Shown one piece after another: positions 58,760-64,000 of a DNA stretch of 64,000 nt. The notes under the pieces are model-generated. The model did no database searches and had not been told where the DNA came from. It saw only the letters and a list, made by a program, of their open reading frames with translations. How positions within the stretch are numbered: the first letter of the stretch is position 1; every line of letters starts with the position of its first letter. Origin of the DNA: Lama glama (Eukaryota); NCBI GenBank assembly GCA_028534125.1, contig CM052816.1:101246001-101310000 (forward strand). Direction: 5' to 3'. The translations under genes were made by a program, and so were the position numbers.

Positions 58760-59780
58760 GTTTGCCCCACACTGCGTTTGTGTGATCTCTGCGCCCTGTT
58801 CACTTTGGCTGCACATTTTGATATCAGCCGCTTTTCTGTGTTTTCTGTTCCTTCCGTGATTTCTCCTTTAATCCTGGAGCTATTTGGGCCGTTGTAAATC
58901 ACCTTTGGCGGGTTTCTGACATGGCCGGGTGGTGGTCCGCAGGCTTCCCTGAGCGCTGGAGGCCTGCTTGGCCTTGTGCGTGGGCGTTTGTGCTGCTGGT
59001 CAGGGCATCAGGAGCCCGGGGATGGTGCCGTGTTCTCTACCAGGTGCTGCACAAAACTTGTGTATCCTTCCAGGGGCCACGATGCCAAGGGTGGGCGTGC
59101 CCCTGGGGTGGGTGTGTCCACGTCTCGTCCTGGTAGGGTGCATGCTCTACAGTTTCTCTTCCTGGAAAGTGTCTAGTGACTCTCTTCACCTGAGTCTGTC
59201 TAACTGCTCACGGAGCCGCTGCCCTGGCCTCCTGTGGGTCAGCATTTACCTCTTGGGTCATGTTTCATCTCCTGGTTTTTGTCTGCACCCTCTACGTAGC
59301 CTCAAAGTTGAGGTGTCTTACTAAGAGCAGAGAGCTTTACGTTTATTTTCAACTCAGCCTGACGGTCTTCACCACTTACCAGGTGTCATTTATTTTCACT
59401 GTTCCGTGATGATGGACGGGTTTCGACGCGCTTTCCATCTTCCCAGCGTGTCTGCTTTTCCGTGTCCGTACTTCTGGCTTCCGGATGGATTGTGTGCGTT
59501 TTCTCACTGTGCGTGTTGGCTCTGCCCCGGGGCAGTTAGGTGCACACTCTCCGTTTCTCCTCCCTTGGTGATTACCATCTGAAGCATGGTAATCGGGGTG
59601 CCAGGGTCGGTTCACCACCCACTAACACCGTTGTGTCCACGTTAGACGCTGCTGCTGCTGCTTCTCCGGCCGAAGTTTATTTAGCTTTATCCCCTCGTCT
59701 CTTCTCTTTGTCCGCCATCTGTCTCCTGTCCCAGACCTGCCTCTGGACCCCTTTCTTTTCCTTTGTTTCTTTCATGCCCA
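58760..59780 (-). mobile_element. Old antisense LINE-1 fragment in TERT intron 2
   Basis: T-rich stretch resembling antisense L1 ORF2 EN; boundaries approximate. Confidence 0.55.
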
Positions 59781-59892
59781 TTCCTGGTGGAAAAACCTTG
59801 ACTCTGTCTGTGCTGAGGCTCTGGGGAAACCTGTGCACCTCTGCTCATGACGTTTCTAAGTGCACAGGATAAAACACAGAGGACCGGGTGTT

Positions 59893-60018
59893 GGGAGGGT
59901 GTAGCTCAGTGGTAGAGTGCGTGCTTAGCATGCAGGAGGCCCTGCGTTCAGTCCCCGGTACCTCCATTAAATAAATAAATAAACCTAATTACTACTCCCC
60001 GAAAAAATAAACAAAACA
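59893..60018 (+). mobile_element. tRNA-derived SINE (camelid Vic-1-like) with TSD
   Basis: A-box tagctcagtgg, B-box gttcagtcc, (TAAA)n tail; AAAACACAGAG repeated at 59871-59881 and 60019-60029. Confidence 0.9.
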
Positions 60019-60508
60019 AAAACACAGAGAACTACCAGGGCGGGCGGTCATCTTGGCCGGTGGTGCGTGTTCAGAACCCCTAGGCGTCTGACATCCCTGA
60101 GCTAGTGTCTGACCACCACCCCCCCCACCGTTGTCTAGCCTGGAAAGCCCCAGGCATTTCTGGGTCCTACTGGTCAGTGGCAGTGCCGGAGCTCCACCTG
60201 CGTGTAAACCAGGACAAGTGCTGAATCTCCACGGCATCGCTGCCCAGGAGTAGAACTGGAGTCACGATGTCGTTTAAGTCTTCCAGCAGCCGTGACAAGA
60301 AAGGAACAAAGGTGAAACTAACGTATCGCAGCCCAGGGACCAGTGTCGGCACTTTAGCGCGTAACTGGGCAGAGCTCGCTGCCGCGATCCCAGGTTCTTC
60401 CTCTGCCAAGTCTCTGAGACCCCGCGTGGGTGCAGGCCACGTGCACGCGCATCTCGGTCCAGGCCTGCCGGGCCAGCACAGATGGGGTGAGCGGGCCTGT
60501 CTCCCCAG

Positions 60509-60704
60509 GAGCTGGCTGCGTCCCAGCTGAGGAGCACCGTCTGAGAGAGGCCGTCCTGGCCAAGTTCCTGTGCTGGTTGATGGGCACGTATGTGGTCGAG
60601 CTGCTCAGGGCATTCTTTTATGTCACGGAGACCACGTTTCAGAAGAACCGGCTCTTTTTCTTCCGGAAGAGCGTCTGGACCCAGCTGCAAAGCATCGGCA
60701 TCAG
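60509..60704 (+). CDS. TERT: TERT exon 3 (T motif)
   Basis: 196 nt; ...[29 protein letters not shown]...SIGIR; AG/GT. Confidence 0.97.
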
Positions 60705-61906
60705 GTAGGGTGGTCCTCGGGTGTCACGCGGTCTCTGCTTCCCACCTGTGCAGACGCCAGTAAGCTGAGTGCCGACTCCTACTCCCAGCTCCCGCCGGCC
60801 TCCCCGTGGCTCCGGCTGCACCAGGGGCGTGTGAGCCAGGGTCCTGCACTCGGCATGGACCCCTGCAGCCCCCCTCTTCTTACCCGTAAAGCCCAGGGTT
60901 TGAGCGAGAGGGTCTGAGGGTGTGGGCAGGGGTGCGGTTTGACTGATGGAAACAGCACGGGCGGACCGCTCACTGCTCTCTACTCGTGGGCCTAGGGCGG
61001 TTTCACTCCGCAGAGCAAGTGTGACTGCACGACAGGTGCTGCGGGAATTACCCGGGGACCAGAGTCCCCGAGCAGCAGCGCTTCCAGAGGCTGCCTGCCT
61101 CACGGTGACCACTGGGTTTGTCTCCATTGCTCAGTGGCTGTTTTATATCCCTTTTAAAGGATTGGGCGGATGTGAGCTGCATTGGGATTCAATCAGGATC
61201 GTGTGACAGCCTCAAAGACATGGGCTGAGCTCAGCCGAGGTGCCCAGCATCAGAGGGCGCAGCTGTGCCCTGAGTCAGGACGTCCGCGGAGGGAGCCGGG
61301 CTGGGCCCTGGGCCACATGGGGGTGTCCGGCATCCAGGAGAGGCTCGGAGGCCTTTGTCAGGGCCTGAGTTCGTGCACGGTGCACCTTATTTAAAGTATT
61401 TCACGGCCAGTGGTCCCAAGCGGCCTCTAGGTTCAACTTGCGGGGACCGTGGGGACGTCCTCTGCTGGTGGGCCTTCGAGTTCCATGATGTGCTCTGCTT
61501 GTGAGCCACCCTTCACCCCGGGGCCCCCAGTCCAGGGAGCATTCTCTCCCCAGCTGCCAGGAGGTGGGGGGCACCTAGCCCCTCCTTGTGGGTAGTTTTG
61601 GGGTAAAGGCTGAAGGGAGCTGGCAGGTCCACAGGGACTGCTCAGAGCACCCCCTGCTCGTTCTGTGTGGAGGAAGGCGGAGTCTCTGGCCCAAGGGTCC
61701 CATCCGGCCCCAGCCTGCACTACCTGGGGCTCTGTCCAGAGGAGCTGGGTGTCCTGGCCCCGCCGTGGAGAGGCCTCCAGCAGGCACCTAGCTGCACTGC
61801 CACATCCAGGGTGCTGGGCGCTGGGCACTGGGCTCTGCTGACCGCACAGGCACCAGGGTCTGCCGGGCTTACCCGCCCTGGCTCCCTGCGGGCCTTTCTG
61901 CTCCAG

Positions 61907-62087
61907 ACAACACTTAGATCGCGTGCGGCTTCGAGAACTGTCGGAAGCCGAGGTCAAGCGACACCAGGAGGCCAGGCACGCTCTGCTGACATCCAGACTC
62001 CGCTTCCTCCCCAAGCCCAGCGGGCTGCGGCCAATCGTGAACATGGACTACGTCGCGGGAGCCAGGACCGCCCCCAGGGACAAGAAG
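61907..62087 (+). CDS. TERT: TERT exon 4 (RT motifs 1 and 2)
   Basis: 181 nt; ...[24 protein letters not shown]...DKK; weak donor GTCACC. Confidence 0.93.
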
Positions 62088-62878
62088 GTCACCACTTGTG
62101 TCACTTGGAAGCAAAATACTTTTAAACCCTGGATCTGGCATTGGTGCTGTCAGGATCCACCCCGAGGAGGCCGGCGGCCATGAGGAGGCCAGTGCCTGCC
62201 GCATCTCGGGCCATGGAGGGGCGGGGTTCCCAGGTCCCGAGAGGCGCTCCTGGAAAGGCCAGCCCTTCAAGGTGCTGGACAGGCTCCAGGAGCCCACAGG
62301 GATGTCATGACACGACCCCCTGTGCACCAGCTCCTGGAGTCCTGCAGTGGGGGACCGTGTGCTCTCTGGGATCCAGGGGCAAGAGGGACCACGTGATGAG
62401 CTGTCACCTGCCCTCTGGGGTCCCGAGGACCCTGTAGGACCTCACCCCCGCGGTTAGCCTCCGTGACTCCTCCCCCTGACCACGGCGCCATGTGTCACTC
62501 CTTCCGAGTGCCCCCTATGGTATTTGGGGGTGATTTTGTCATTAGTGGAAGGAAGAGCTGTCGATACTGACAGAGGTTTTGGTTTTGAGCACAGATGAAC
62601 TCCTCACTTGGTGGGGGGGCCCTGGGGGGCAGCATCCCTCCCTGCTGGGTGGGGCCCAGGTAGAGGGGATCAGCAGTGTAGCCAGCTACATTTTTCCATA
62701 CGTGTCCGGGATCCCACGACGGGTCCCTGGGGAGACCCTGGGGGTGGGGGTGGGCAGGGGAGGCCGCAGGGGACACCGAGCGGGATCAGCCTCTCTTGTC
62801 CCTGGGGCGGTCTGACCCTGGGTCCCGTTTGGCTGGGGCCCCTCTGGTGACACTGGCCTTCCTGGGCTGGGCCTGCAG

Positions 62879-63058
62879 GTCCAGCACCTCTCCTCCCGGG
62901 TCAAGACCCTGTTCGCTGTTCTGAACTATGAGCGGACGCGGCGCCCGGGCCTCCTGGGGGCCTCCGTGCTGGGCGTGGACGACGTCTACAGGGCCTGGCG
63001 AGCCTTCGTGCTGCCCCTGCGGGCCCGGCACCCAGCACCCCCTCTGTACTTCGTCAAG
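62879..63058 (+). CDS. TERT: TERT exon 5 (motif 3)
   Basis: 180 nt; [18 protein letters not shown]...PPLYFVK; AG/GT. Confidence 0.96.
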
Positions 63059-63712
63059 GTGAGGGCCAGGCCTCACCCCCGACACCTGTCAAGGGAGATG
63101 GCCAGGCCTCGGGGGCCTGTGGGAGCTGCCCCTGTGGGTGGCCTGCCCCTGTCTAGGGGCGTGGCCGGCCTTCTTCAGGTCCTGTTTGCCCGGATAGGGT
63201 GCCCCTGGTGCAGCCACATCCTTATCCCACAAATGTTCCTGTGAGCAGGAAGTCAGGGGACCCCGTCTGCATATGGGGGTGCCCAGCTCCCAAGGGCAGA
63301 AGCTCTGTGCCTTCCCTGCTGGAGTTGACTCCGTTACTGCACCCCAGCTCCATGGGGTCTCCTGCCCTCGGGGTCCCCTTCAGAGAAGGAAGCCCACCTG
63401 CTCGGATCCCAGCACTGGGCCCTGAGAGCCCTGGCCATCTTCCAGCGTCTCCTGGTCACCAGCCTGCAGCCCAGAGAGGGCGCAGACCCAATCTGGGGGT
63501 GCTCGGAGTCTAGGGGAGTCGAGGTGTCTCCATGAGAGCCCCACGGAGGGTGGGTGTGTGGCGAGGATGGGATGGTGGGGGCTTCAGGGTCTCTCCTGCC
63601 CTCCCTTGTCTGATTCCTCACAGGGTTTGCTAAAGCCAGGTCAGAACTAGCAGGACCTGGGAACTCGGGGGCCAAGGTGAGCGTGTAATCAGGTTCCTCC
63701 GCTCCCACGTAG

Positions 63713-63871
63713 GTGGACGTGACGGGGGCGTACGACGCCCTCCCTCAGGACAGGCTGGTGGAGGTGATCGCCAAAGTGATCCGGCCCCAGGAGAGCACGT
63801 ACTGCGTGCGCCAATACGCTGTGGTCCAGAGGGCCACCCGCGGACACGTCCGGAAGTCCTTCAAGAGACAC
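63713..63871 (+). CDS. TERT: TERT exon 6 (motif A catalytic Asp); gene continues past the window
   Basis: 159 nt; [35 protein letters not shown]...KRH; donor GTAAGG. Confidence 0.96.
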
Positions 63872-64000
63872 GTAAGGCCCGCAGGGCACGTGTTCAGCGG
63901 CAGGGTGTGCACTCCGCGGTGGGGCGCACGATCTGAGGGGCTGTGAGCCCCGTGGTGGGGCGTGCCGTCTGCGGTGGGGGCCTCCGGGTCATCGTCCTCA

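Noticed and set aside
57669-58772. 367-aa minus-strand ORF in TERT intron 2
   Set aside because: No homology recognised; G/P/R/A-biased composition typical of spurious ORFs.
59893-59965. tRNA gene
   Set aside because: Has A and B boxes, but the A-rich tail, TSD and two diverged copies in the window indicate a SINE.
1-64000. CRISPR array, operon, retron or other prokaryotic RT system
   Set aside because: The DNA is mammalian with spliceosomal introns; the reverse transcriptase is canonical TERT, and I saw no repeat-spacer array.

Overview
Mammalian, GC-rich genomic DNA syntenic with human 5p15.33. Three genes lie on the + strand: the 3' end of SLC6A3 (dopamine transporter, exons 12-15, polyA signal at 7957), the complete 17-exon CLPTM1L (CDS 32668-45124, 1605 nt, 534 aa), and the promoter plus exons 1-6 of TERT (ATG at 55615; the gene runs off the window). 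All exons were placed by hand from GT/AG boundaries, reading-frame continuity and recalled human protein sequences. Most ORFs in the supplied track are artefacts of high GC content. Three tRNA-derived SINEs and a young L1 3' stub resemble camelid (alpaca/camel) repeats, so the species is probably a camelid (inference). The rest is old L1, MaLR/MER21 LTRs, MER45A, microsatellites and a 134-nt N gap. I found no new multi-gene system. The best leads are: (1) DAT carries Val at residue 559, the human A559V variant that causes anomalous dopamine efflux; (2) a cluster of three perfect NR4A2/Nurr1 NBREs with PBX/MEIS, homeodomain and SOX motifs about 4.5 kb downstream of SLC6A3, a candidate dopaminergic enhancer; (3) unusual TERT splice and promoter architecture (stop-free in-frame 90-nt intron 1, tandemly duplicated exon-2 donor, SINE-derived polyA signals in intron 2, no proximal E-box, duplicated GC-box/ETS unit); (4) a hairpin upstream of TERT with a miR-17/106-type seed. 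Human comparisons and repeat-family names come from memory and need alignment to confirm.
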